Assembly: GCA_040260805.1 (NCBI GenBank)
Contig: JBDQPD010000064.1
Span: 1 to 19,399, forward strand
Origin: Myxococcota bacterium
GTDB taxonomy: Bacteria; Myxococcota; UBA4151
DNA: 19,399 nucleotides
Reading direction: 5' to 3'
Below the pieces are notes generated by a model. The model had not been told where the DNA came from and did no database searches. It saw nothing but the letters and a program-made list of their open reading frames with translations. Positions 7,440 through 15,306 of this stretch are shown here, in pieces. The first letter of the stretch is position 1. Every line of letters starts with the position of its first letter. A program made the translations under genes and the position numbers.

Positions 7440-7889
7440 ATGAGAATCTCGCAAGTCAAAGAAGCCCTCAACGCGCTCGATCGTATCGAGTTCGTCCTCC
7501 CTAACGGATCGGCAGTCCCCGCACATTTTCATGTCACCGAGGTCGGCAAAGTCACCAAGAACTTCATTGATTGCGGCGGCACGATTCGACGAGAAGAGGC
7601 GGCGAACTTTCAGCTCTGGAGCGCCGATGATAGGGACCACCGTCTGCATCCGTCCAAGCTCATGGATATTATTGCGCTGTCCGAGCAGATCCTCGGCTTA
7701 GAGGACCTCGACATCGAGGTCGAATACCAAGCCGAGACCATCGGCAAGTTCGGCTTGGAATTTGATGGGACGCAATTCCTGCTGACCACCACACAGACCG
7801 ACTGCCTCGCCAAGGATCGATGCGGGATTGAGCCAGAGCCTGTGGCGGTTGAACCCGAAGCTTGCAACCCGAGCTCAGGCTGCTGCTAA
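7440..7889 (+). CDS. DUF6428-like protein
   Basis: Motifs VPAHFHVTEVG, FIDCGG, DHRL, IEVEYQ, TDCLAKD-x-CGI and C-terminal CNPSSGCC. GAGGA SD supports ATG 7440 over the track start at 7386. Confidence 0.85.
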   Translation: MRISQVKEALNALDRIEFVLPNGSAVPAHFHVTEVGKVTKNFIDCGGTIRREEAANFQLWSADDRDHRLHPSKLMDIIALSEQILGLEDLDIEVEYQAETIGKFGLEFDGTQFLLTTTQTDCLAKDRCGIEPEPVAVEPEACNPSSGCC

Positions 7890-7893
7890 GCGC

Positions 7894-7968
7894 TTAAAGT
7901 CGGCCGATATAGGCGGCGATAATCAACCCCATGATGGCGACCGAGAGAACGACTCGAATAATCTGCAT
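7894..7968 (-). CDS. Putative 24-aa single-pass membrane small protein (MQIIRVVLSVAIMGLIIAAYIGRL)
   Basis: The minus strand reads TTAGGAGGTCGA-ATG; the same TTAGGAGGTCG precedes the ATG at 9755. The peptide is uniformly hydrophobic and its stop lies 4 nt from the stop of the convergent gene. Confidence 0.55.
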   Translation of the reverse strand: MQIIRVVLSVAIMGLIIAAYIGRL

Positions 7969-8278
7969 TCGACCTCCTAAGCGTTGATCCCTCAGGCGAC
8001 CAAACCTGGTCAAGGGGTCTAGAGACCATAGGACAGACTCAATCCTCCCTAACAACCGCCGTCTAAGCTCTGCACTCGTTTCGAGTTTCCCAAGCGAAGG
8101 CGCCAGCGCTGAGAAGCGGTCATCCGAGTGAAGCATAGTGGGTGCCTGTTTTTGTTCAAAAAAAGAATTGTCACCTTTGAAATTATGAATTGCTTTGAAG
8201 CAAACAACGTACTGAAAATATGGCGGCTTTAATCATATTGAGCTAACAACCGACTGAGATTTTGTAGGGGACGCAAAG

Positions 8279-9439
8279 GTGACGCTTTGGAGCAGGTTTT
8301 TACTCGCCATGGTGGTTGGCACTGCATCGGCTTCGTGTGACCTGTCGGTCTCATCTACTGCACCCTCGCTAGGCGACATCGGTTGGGTTAGACCAGACGC
8401 GGGCTTGAGCGTTGACGCCGCTGTCCAGGATGCCATCGTCCAAGACGCATCCGAGTCAGTGGATGCGGGCAGTGAAGGGTGTGTACGTTCATCCGATTGT
8501 CCGCCCGGGTTCTTTTGCTCACCTCAGGGGCGTTGTTTCCCGCGGGTTGACCGGGACGCGGGTCCGCAACCAAGGCCTGACGCCATGGTCGTAGTGGATG
8601 CGGGCTCTTCACCGGACGCCGGATTAGAGCCAGGTGATGATCACGGCGACTCGCTCGCGCAAGCCACCGATTTAGGTGGTCTCGGCAGAGAGTCTATCGG
8701 GCGAGGTGACTCGGGATCAATCGACCGCAGCGGCGACGAGGACTTTTTCATCTTCCGCGCCGAGTTAGCTGGTACCTACTATGTCTCGACTCGGGGCAAC
8801 ACCGACACCTTCTGCCACCTGCTGCGAGCAGACGGCGCTCAGATTGATAGCGACGACGACTCGGGAAGCAACTTTAATTGCGCCATCCAAGCCTACCTCG
8901 AAGAAGGCACTTATGGGATTCGAGTTCGGCATTGGCAGCGAGGCACGGGCGCTTACGCTCTGGACATACGCTATACCCCGGGGCGTGTCGGCGAATGCGG
9001 TGACGGTCAAGTCAACGCAGGCGAGCAGTGTGACGATGGCAACAGGCGCTCTGGTGACGGCTGCAGCTCGCAGTGTCGTAACGAGGGGCCGCCCCCCAAT
9101 CCACAAGACGATCACTCGAACAGCGGCGCTGAAGCCACTGAGGTCAGCGTGGGCGATCGAGTCGATGGACGACTCGAGATCCAACGAGACGTCGACTATT
9201 TTGTGGTCACGAGCGACCGCGACGAGCAGGTCCTGATTGGGACCCTTGGAACCACCAACACCGAATGCACCGCTGAGAGCGTCGCTGGCGACGTACTGGC
9301 TACCGATGAAGACTCAGGTCAAGGCGTCAACTGCCGCCTGCAGGTCGATCTACGCGCCGAGCGAGCGGTCTATATTCGTGTCGAAGGGCAAGAGCCCGTG
9401 ATCGCTGGCGTGTACACGCTGTACATCGCACGCCCTTAG
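8279..9439 (+). CDS. Lipoprotein with two PPC-like (pre-peptidase C-terminal) beta domains flanking a myxobacterial Cys-rich repeat
   Basis: Lipobox-like SAS-C and a DAG-rich linker. Two homologous units (DDHGDS…GSID…D.D.F.F…T.G.TDT…DDDSG…NC and DDHSNS…GRLE…DVDYF…T.GTTNT…DEDSG…NC) flank CGDGQV…EQCDDGN…GDGCS..C. Confidence 0.85.
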   Translation: MTLWSRFLLAMVVGTASASCDLSVSSTAPSLGDIGWVRPDAGLSVDAAVQDAIVQDASESVDAGSEGCVRSSDCPPGFFCSPQGRCFPRVDRDAGPQPRPDAMVVVDAGSSPDAGLEPGDDHGDSLAQATDLGGLGRESIGRGDSGSIDRSGDEDFFIFRAELAGTYYVSTRGNTDTFCHLLRADGAQIDSDDDSGSNFNCAIQAYLEEGTYGIRVRHWQRGTGAYALDIRYTPGRVGECGDGQVNAGEQCDDGNRRSGDGCSSQCRNEGPPPNPQDDHSNSGAEATEVSVGDRVDGRLEIQRDVDYFVVTSDRDEQVLIGTLGTTNTECTAESVAGDVLATDEDSGQGVNCRLQVDLRAERAVYIRVEGQEPVIAGVYTLYIARP

Positions 9440-9754
9440 CCAGGGCTAATGCCCCCCCTTTGTTGGGTTGGGTAACACTCGGTGTCGCGCTCGCCGAAGG
9501 GGCGTCTTTAGGGCGCAGTTTCATCGACGCACGAACCAGCGTCACCCCGAACAGCTGTTTGCTCCGTGATGGTACGACATCGACCCACCAAGAACCCGAG
9601 TGAGGCGTTGTTTGGTCTTTGTTTAGATCAACAAAACTGATCATATGAATCAGAACAACTCTCTTTATTTGATTGTTTAATGCCGGTAGGCGGAGACGTA
9701 ATGGGTCCTGAATCATGTCGTGTTCGGGGTCATGTCTTCATTTAGGAGGTCGTT

Positions 9755-11260
9755 ATGCGTGTATGTTTACTTGTCGTCTTAGTGAGCGTGATGGTGGCTT
9801 GTGGTCCGCCGACGAGCTCGACGAGAGACCGGTCAGGGGCCGGCGATAGCGCAACGAGTTGCACTCAAAACGATCAGTGTCGTGCGCAAGAAGTGTGCTT
9901 ACGAGGTGCCTGTGAACCCGCTGAGTCAAACGCCTCGTGCGTCGCAAACGCCGACTGTGGTCAAGGCGAGCGCTGCCAGCATGGCAGTTGCGTCGCCGAC
10001 AACAGCGAATGCCGTTTCGACAGCGACTGTGGTCGCGATGAAGCGTGCGATAACGGGATGTGCGTCGCCGATGAAGCCGACTGCCAGCGCAACAGTGACT
10101 GCGACCGAGGCGAGGCGTGCCAGCGAGGTGCCTGTGTCCCCGAGCAGAGCTCGAGCGATGATTGCAGCTCCAACAGTGACTGCGCTGACGGGCAAGCCTG
10201 CCGGAGTGGTCGTTGCGTCACCCAAGCAACCCCTGGCGGCAACGCCTGTGAGACCCACGACCAATGCGCTGCGGGTCAAGCTTGCCTTCAGCCTCAAGGT
10301 GTTTGCGGTCAGTGGCTCGGCGAGCGATGCAGCAGCAGCAACGACTGCCTTATTCGAGACAGCCAAGGTCAAAGTACACCCGGAATGTGCGAACAAGGCG
10401 TCTGCCGAGTCGATCAGTTTGGTAGCTGCGAAGCCGATGGTGATTGCGGCGGCACGTACAGCTGCATGACCGCCGGAACCAACACCATGTGTCTTCAGGG
10501 CTGCCAAGACAGCTCGGTCTGCGACAGCAACCTTAAATGTGATCAAGAGATCAACGCGTGCTGGTACAACCTATGCGGTCAGCCTCACGAGCTGAGTGAC
10601 CGGTATCAGCAGGTCAACAACGGAAACCTTGGCGGCACCTGCGACGCCGATGGTGGCGGCGATGGCACCTGCGTCGAGGTCGAGGCCGGCGCTAATCAGT
10701 GGGTCGGTATCTGCATTGAAGGTGGAAACGCACGAGTAGGCGAGTCCTGCTTGTTTGATGCTGATCGAAGCGACGACCGCAACCAATGCGAAGGCGGCTC
10801 TTTGTGCCACTTTCAGAGCGATCGTGAACGCGGCGTCTGCGTCGCCTCGTGCTCGCCCGATCAGGGTCACGGCAGCGTGCGCTGCGCCGGCGGCATGAGC
10901 TGCTTGGCGGGTCGCTGTTTGAGCCGTGAACAACAATGCGACCCGGGTTCCCAGAATGCCTGCGGCTCGATGGGCCGTTGCAGCCTGTTGAGCTGGGGCT
11001 TGGACCAAGGAATGTGCGCCATGCAAGAGCCGGCAGCCGGTCCAGCGGGTTCGGCCTGTGAGAAGAGCACACAATGCGTCGACGGCAACATCTGCCTGAC
11101 CTTACGTCGCGGCGAGCAGGCGCCGACGTGTCATACGCTGTGTCGTCCCACTCAAGGCGGTCTGGGTTGTCCGGCTGGCACCATGTGCACTGGTCTTGGT
11201 GATTTGTCCGGCGGTCAGGTCACCAGCAACTGGGGTCTGTGCGTTCCGATGGGTAACTAA
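9755..11260 (+). CDS. Highly Cys-rich lipoprotein with tandem disulfide modules
   Basis: TTAGGAGG SD; lipobox MVA-C; 501 aa with Cys distributed throughout. Confidence 0.88.
   Translation: MRVCLLVVLVSVMVACGPPTSSTRDRSGAGDSATSCTQNDQCRAQEVCLRGACEPAESNASCVANADCGQGERCQHGSCVADNSECRFDSDCGRDEACDNGMCVADEADCQRNSDCDRGEACQRGACVPEQSSSDDCSSNSDCADGQACRSGRCVTQATPGGNACETHDQCAAGQACLQPQGVCGQWLGERCSSSNDCLIRDSQGQSTPGMCEQGVCRVDQFGSCEADGDCGGTYSCMTAGTNTMCLQGCQDSSVCDSNLKCDQEINACWYNLCGQPHELSDRYQQVNNGNLGGTCDADGGGDGTCVEVEAGANQWVGICIEGGNARVGESCLFDADRSDDRNQCEGGSLCHFQSDRERGVCVASCSPDQGHGSVRCAGGMSCLAGRCLSREQQCDPGSQNACGSMGRCSLLSWGLDQGMCAMQEPAAGPAGSACEKSTQCVDGNICLTLRRGEQAPTCHTLCRPTQGGLGCPAGTMCTGLGDLSGGQVTSNWGLCVPMGN
9860..10306 (+). 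repeat. Six tandem C-x5-C-x5-C-x4-C protein modules (sixth is a variant)
   Basis: CTQNDQCRAQEVCLRGAC, CVANADCGQGERCQHGSC, CRFDSDCGRDEACDNGMC, CQRNSDCDRGEACQRGAC, CSSNSDCADGQACRSGRC, CETHDQCAAGQACLQPQGVC. Confidence 0.85.
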
Positions 11261-11302
11261 AGCGCTCAGCTGCGGCTAGTATGGCGGTCAATGGCGGCCT
11301 GT

Positions 11303-12028
11303 TCATTTGGCTTGAACAGGTCGCTGTTGATTTTTGGGCATCGCAGGATCCGTTTTATCGACTCCACAAGCGAACCCCTGACCCTCTGGTTCGTGCTCAT
11401 GCTCGCACGGTTTTATGCTCGAATCCGAGGGGACGCCGCGCTCATCCCAGTACTGAGCCCCAGCTTGAGGCACGCCGTCGACGAACTCGATCACATGTCG
11501 CTTTTGCCCTGACGGGTACCACTCACTCCACGGTCCGTGTTTGAGTCCCTCGGCATAAGCACCCTGCGTATGGAGTTGTCCGTTGGGGAACCACGAAGAG
11601 TAGGGACCATGATGGCTGCAGCCGGCGTAAGTCACGACCTTAGAGCGCCGTCCTGTTTCATACCAAAAAGTGTGAGCGCCTTGAGCTTTGTCCGCTTGGT
11701 AGCGACCTTTTTCTTTGGGTTTTCCGTTGGCGTACCAAGAGCTCCAAACGCCGTTCTTTCGGTCGTTAAAAGTCATTCCCTCACTACGTTTTTGACCGCT
11801 TGGGTACCAGTAGGTCCAAGTTCCCGCTCGTTGCCCATTGTCGTACTGACCTTGGCTTCTTTGTTTGCCGTTATTATACCAGGCTTGCCAGGCTCCATGA
11901 CGCACCTGGCTGCGCTCCATATGCTTGGATTTAAGGCTGCCGTTATCATGCCGCTCGGTGACCCATTCACCCTCGCTGCAGCCTGTACTCAAGCCGATCG
12001 CTAGCCAGCAAAGCGACGCCTTAGTCAT
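11303..12028 (-). CDS. MORN-variant repeat (YwqK-like) lipoprotein
   Basis: Lipobox STG-C; repeated G-x-W-x-x-WY-x-(N/S)G-(Q/K)…G-x-Y units. The start overlaps the upstream stop by 8 nt. Confidence 0.85.
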   Translation of the reverse strand: MTKASLCWLAIGLSTGCSEGEWVTERHDNGSLKSKHMERSQVRHGAWQAWYNNGKQRSQGQYDNGQRAGTWTYWYPSGQKRSEGMTFNDRKNGVWSSWYANGKPKEKGRYQADKAQGAHTFWYETGRRSKVVTYAGCSHHGPYSSWFPNGQLHTQGAYAEGLKHGPWSEWYPSGQKRHVIEFVDGVPQAGAQYWDERGVPSDSSIKPCEHEHEPEGQGFACGVDKTDPAMPKNQQRPVQAK

Positions 12029-12758
12029 CCGCTAGGCAGCGTTCGGATTCTTCCGGGCAGCGCTCATAACCGCATTCCATGGTGATGCAGCGCGCCGACA
12101 TCATGCAGCGCGTCAGATCCGACGCTAAGCGTGCGCTCTGCGGACGGACACGGTCTAAGCAGTCGTTGAAGCAGCGTGTGTCGGCCCCGCAAGCGTTGAC
12201 GCAGAGGATCATGTCCGCACAGCTGTAGTTGTCTCCAACCGGCATCCCCGTGTCCTCAACTGGCTCAGGTGCTTCGCCGCCTGCGCTTCCGCATGCGCTC
12301 GCTTCGCTGGGGCAGCTGCGCATGATGCAGGTCGGGTCGGCGCAGTTGTTTTGGGCAGCGCAGCGAACGATCGCCTCCGTGATCTCAAGGTTGCGAGGCA
12401 GAACCTCTTCCATGCACCGCGCCGAGCAGTCGTCGTCGTCACCGCAGCCGAGGATGCATTGCATCCCCTCGATGCAGCTCCCGCGACCGCCGATCAGCTC
12501 GGAACCGCTGATGTCTCGGGGTTGGGCATCGGGTATGCTTACGCCGCTATCGAGACGTTGGTCGCCTCCGTCCGCCGAGCCTGTATCGGCAACCTCGGTG
12601 CGCGCGTCGTTGGCTTGGATATCGCTTTGAGGGGTCGCATCAAGGACTCCCGCTTCGGCTTGAATTGCGGCTGTTTCTTGTGCGCAACTGCACAGTGTGC
12701 AGCCCATCAAGGCGACTAAAGAGAGCCGGTGTAGGGGAACAATCAAAGACATCATCAC
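12021..12758 (-). CDS. Putative lipoprotein with two copies of a 10-Cys module
   Basis: Hydrophobic N-terminus with lipobox-like Cys (LMG-C or LCS-C), an acidic linker, and two modules with identical Cys spacing. Confidence 0.8.
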   Translation of the reverse strand: MMMSLIVPLHRLSLVALMGCTLCSCAQETAAIQAEAGVLDATPQSDIQANDARTEVADTGSADGGDQRLDSGVSIPDAQPRDISGSELIGGRGSCIEGMQCILGCGDDDDCSARCMEEVLPRNLEITEAIVRCAAQNNCADPTCIMRSCPSEASACGSAGGEAPEPVEDTGMPVGDNYSCADMILCVNACGADTRCFNDCLDRVRPQSARLASDLTRCMMSARCITMECGYERCPEESERCLADD

Positions 12759-12882
12759 GTCGGGCTCAGTGTTCCTAGGGTCGTCAGTTTAGCCTAGTCT
12801 ACTGTCTGAGAATACACCTGACAAACCGCTGCCGTCACAATGGTTTGAGTTGAGCTTGCGTGGGCGAACTGAGCCATGCCGA

Positions 12883-13419
12883 TCAGGGCGCTTCAGCGGT
12901 CCAGTTTAATGTGGTGTTGCACGGAAATCTACCGGAGTTGCTCTGCGTGGCGATCTGGTCACAATCGCTGCCTTCGCACTCGAGTACGAACTGACCTTTT
13001 CCCGATGCGGTGGTCTCTGAGGTGACCGTGACGGAGCCAGGACCAACGATGCTGATCAACCCATCGAAGCCCGGGTAGGAGAAGCTGTTGGTAAAGTTCG
13101 TGCAGGTGTACTTGTCGTCGCTTTCGTAGGTGCAGCGAGGGCTGCTCTCACCCACTCGGACGTCTCCATTAAAGAAGGTGATCGAGAACGAGTTGGAGTC
13201 TACGTTTGAGAAGGTCACCGAGGTCGGCACCGCAAGGCCTTCTTCCCCGTTGCATTCGTCATCGGTCCAGCCTGTGGTGATGACCGACCAGTCACCGACC
13301 TGAGGCTGAATCCCGGTGTCTTGTGGAACTGGAATTGGGTCTGGAGATTCCACCGACTCACCGCAACCCGCCACGCTTAAGATACAGAAAAAAACACTAA
13401 GTAAGGGTAGGCAATTCAT
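12883..13419 (-). CDS. Hypothetical beta-rich lipoprotein
   Basis: Lipobox VAG-C, Pro-rich linker, then GDW and Thr/Ser-rich strands with six Cys. Confidence 0.8.
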   Translation of the reverse strand: MNCLPLLSVFFCILSVAGCGESVESPDPIPVPQDTGIQPQVGDWSVITTGWTDDECNGEEGLAVPTSVTFSNVDSNSFSITFFNGDVRVGESSPRCTYESDDKYTCTNFTNSFSYPGFDGLISIVGPGSVTVTSETTASGKGQFVLECEGSDCDQIATQSNSGRFPCNTTLNWTAEAP

Positions 13420-13485
13420 CGGTAATTCTCGCTCTAATTTCGTATATAGCGAGAGGTATTAGGAATCCGAGTAAAGGGCTATGTT

Positions 13486-14445
13486 TTATTGTATTTTAAT
13501 CGCCAGTTTTCCGACCACGCGCTGCGATTGGCTGCGCTCGAAGGCTTCAGCGATCGCCTCGAGGGGGTAGGTTGTCTCGATCACGGCTCGCAGCGCGCCC
13601 GCTTCGATCAATTTCCGCAGAGCCTCAAGGTCAGGCGCGCTCGGGTGCACGAACACTGCGTGACTTGATCGCCCTCGAAGGGGGTTGAACACCGCACTCA
13701 AGCTAGTGCTGAGCAGCTTGACGATGTTGAGGTAATTGCCGCTGTCTTTGAGTTGATGACGCACCTTACCAAGGTTTTGGTTGCCGACGACGTCAAACCA
13801 GACGTCGTAAGCGGCTCGCTGCTCAAGCGGGTTGCGTTGGCGATAGTCGATGACCTGGTCGCAGCCTGCTGCAACCGCCTGGTCATGATTCGCTGCGCTG
13901 CATATTCCGGTGACCTGGGCGCCGAGCGCCTTGGCGAGCTGAACAGCGATCAAGCCGACGCCTCCGGAGCAGCCGTTGACCAAGACGCTTTGCCCGGGTT
14001 GTAGGCTCGCGTGGTGCACCAGGCTTTGGTACGCAGTCAGTCCAACGAGCGGCAAAACGCCCGCGTCGATAAAGCTCAGATTACTGGGCATATGATCGAC
14101 GATGTCGTCGCGACAGCGCAGGATCTCACAATGCGCCCCCGTGACCTTTTTGAGCCCACGGATGTCGGTGAGCCCCCACACCTTATCACCGGCCTTGAAT
14201 CGACTCTCCGGCCCAGCCTCAAGCACCACGCCCGAGAAGTCGCCGCCTAAAATAGAGGGGGGTTTTAACCCAAAGACGATGCGTAAATCGCCACGCAAAA
14301 TCTTCCAGTCTACTGGGTTGATCGAGCTGCCATGGACTTGGATCAGCAGCTCGCCAGGCGCTCGAGCGGGCGCTTCGATTGAGCGGACCTCAAGCCGCTC
14401 GGGGCGCCCGTAGCCGGTGCAAATAGCTGCGCGCATCGTGCTCAT
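13486..14445 (-). CDS. NAD(P)-dependent medium-chain dehydrogenase/reductase, quinone-oxidoreductase-like (zinc-independent)
   Basis: Motifs SINPVDWK, LGGDFSGVV, LPLVGLTAYQ, VLVNGCSGGVG and C-terminal YPLE…AF…GKL; no Zn-binding Cys cluster. Confidence 0.92.
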   Translation of the reverse strand: MSTMRAAICTGYGRPERLEVRSIEAPARAPGELLIQVHGSSINPVDWKILRGDLRIVFGLKPPSILGGDFSGVVLEAGPESRFKAGDKVWGLTDIRGLKKVTGAHCEILRCRDDIVDHMPSNLSFIDAGVLPLVGLTAYQSLVHHASLQPGQSVLVNGCSGGVGLIAVQLAKALGAQVTGICSAANHDQAVAAGCDQVIDYRQRNPLEQRAAYDVWFDVVGNQNLGKVRHQLKDSGNYLNIVKLLSTSLSAVFNPLRGRSSHAVFVHPSAPDLEALRKLIEAGALRAVIETTYPLEAIAEAFERSQSQRVVGKLAIKIQ

Positions 14446-15257
14446 GAGCTGGCCTTTGTTTGGCGCAGGCGAACTGGGATGACGACCATCAACATGCTCG
14501 CCCAGACGGCTAGGCTAAAGTATAAGGTCTGCCAGACCATCGGGTAGCGCCAGTCCTCATACGATCCTGTGATGATCATGTTTTGCACGTCCGCCAAGCC
14601 TTGAGCGAGCGTGAGATAGCTCGCGTCGGCTGCCTCTTTCGCCTGCCAAAGCCGGTAGTAATTGGGGATATCGATCAGCGTCATAAACAGCACATAAGCG
14701 ATGCATCCGAACACGCCAAAGCGCATCCAGCGTTGTTGCTTGACGCTGCCTTGCTTGCGTAAAATCCACAGCGCCAAACCGAACAAGCATGCTGAGAACG
14801 CCCACAGGCTCTCTTCGATGGTTTGACCGATGTAGTTGGTCGTGAGCACGCCATACCAAGCACAGCACTGCGCGGTGACGATCAAGGGGACAATGGGATA
14901 GCCTAATAAGCGGACCCGTTGATGATCGGCGGCGCGGGCGAGCACGATCAACAAAAGGGTCCATTGGGCGACAAAAGCGACCTCGGCGACGGTGGCGATC
15001 GAGCGGCCGACCAAGACCGTTGAAAACCACGAATCAAACATCGCAAACCGTGCGACGTCACTGCGCAGAACAAAGCATCGAGAGGCGCAGCCGATGACGT
15101 ATAAAGCGCAGAGCACCAGCTGGAGGTTTTCGATCGGTGTGGGCGCTTTGTTTTTGAGCCAGCGCCACAGCGCACCGAGCAGGCACAGGTTGACCACGCC
15201 AAGGACGCTCATCCCAACCCACCACGCCAAAACTTCGGGTGCAAACTGGGTGTTCAC
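14442..15257 (-). CDS. Polytopic membrane protein of unknown function (about 7 TM)
   Basis: Multiple hydrophobic helices with polar motifs RSDVARF, GRSIATVAE, EESLW and YFS. 4-nt ATGA overlap with the MDR gene. Confidence 0.85.
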   Translation of the reverse strand: MNTQFAPEVLAWWVGMSVLGVVNLCLLGALWRWLKNKAPTPIENLQLVLCALYVIGCASRCFVLRSDVARFAMFDSWFSTVLVGRSIATVAEVAFVAQWTLLLIVLARAADHQRVRLLGYPIVPLIVTAQCCAWYGVLTTNYIGQTIEESLWAFSACLFGLALWILRKQGSVKQQRWMRFGVFGCIAYVLFMTLIDIPNYYRLWQAKEAADASYLTLAQGLADVQNMIITGSYEDWRYPMVWQTLYFSLAVWASMLMVVIPVRLRQTKASS

Positions 15258-15306
15258 ATGGGACTCGCTGAGCTATCGTTGGGCTGGAACTTGATGGTGA
15301 TAGTCG

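Noticed and set aside
7969..8136. The 80-aa version of the ORF ending at 7894
   Set aside because: The N-terminal 56 residues look non-coding, while the strong SD points to the internal ATG at 7968.
1423..8256. Integron attC sites suggested by CTAACAAC at about 1425, 8049 and 8244 and a bulged hairpin at about 3470-3505
   Set aside because: I found no complementary GTTAG/GTTRRRY box at attC distance, gene orientations are mixed, and no integron integrase is visible. Two copies are explained as minus-strand SD-like sequence.
8240..8300. c-di-GMP-I riboswitch suggested by GGGACGCAAAG
   Set aside because: The upstream GCAAA and GAAA tetraloop stem and the downstream stem are missing, and the sequence doubles as the ribosome-binding region of the 8279 gene.
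5942..11091. Alternative-frame and antisense ORFs such as 5976-6437, 8781-9236, 9801-10469 and 9926-10546
   Set aside because: They are Thr/Ala/Arg-rich by-products of GC-biased codon usage inside better-supported genes.
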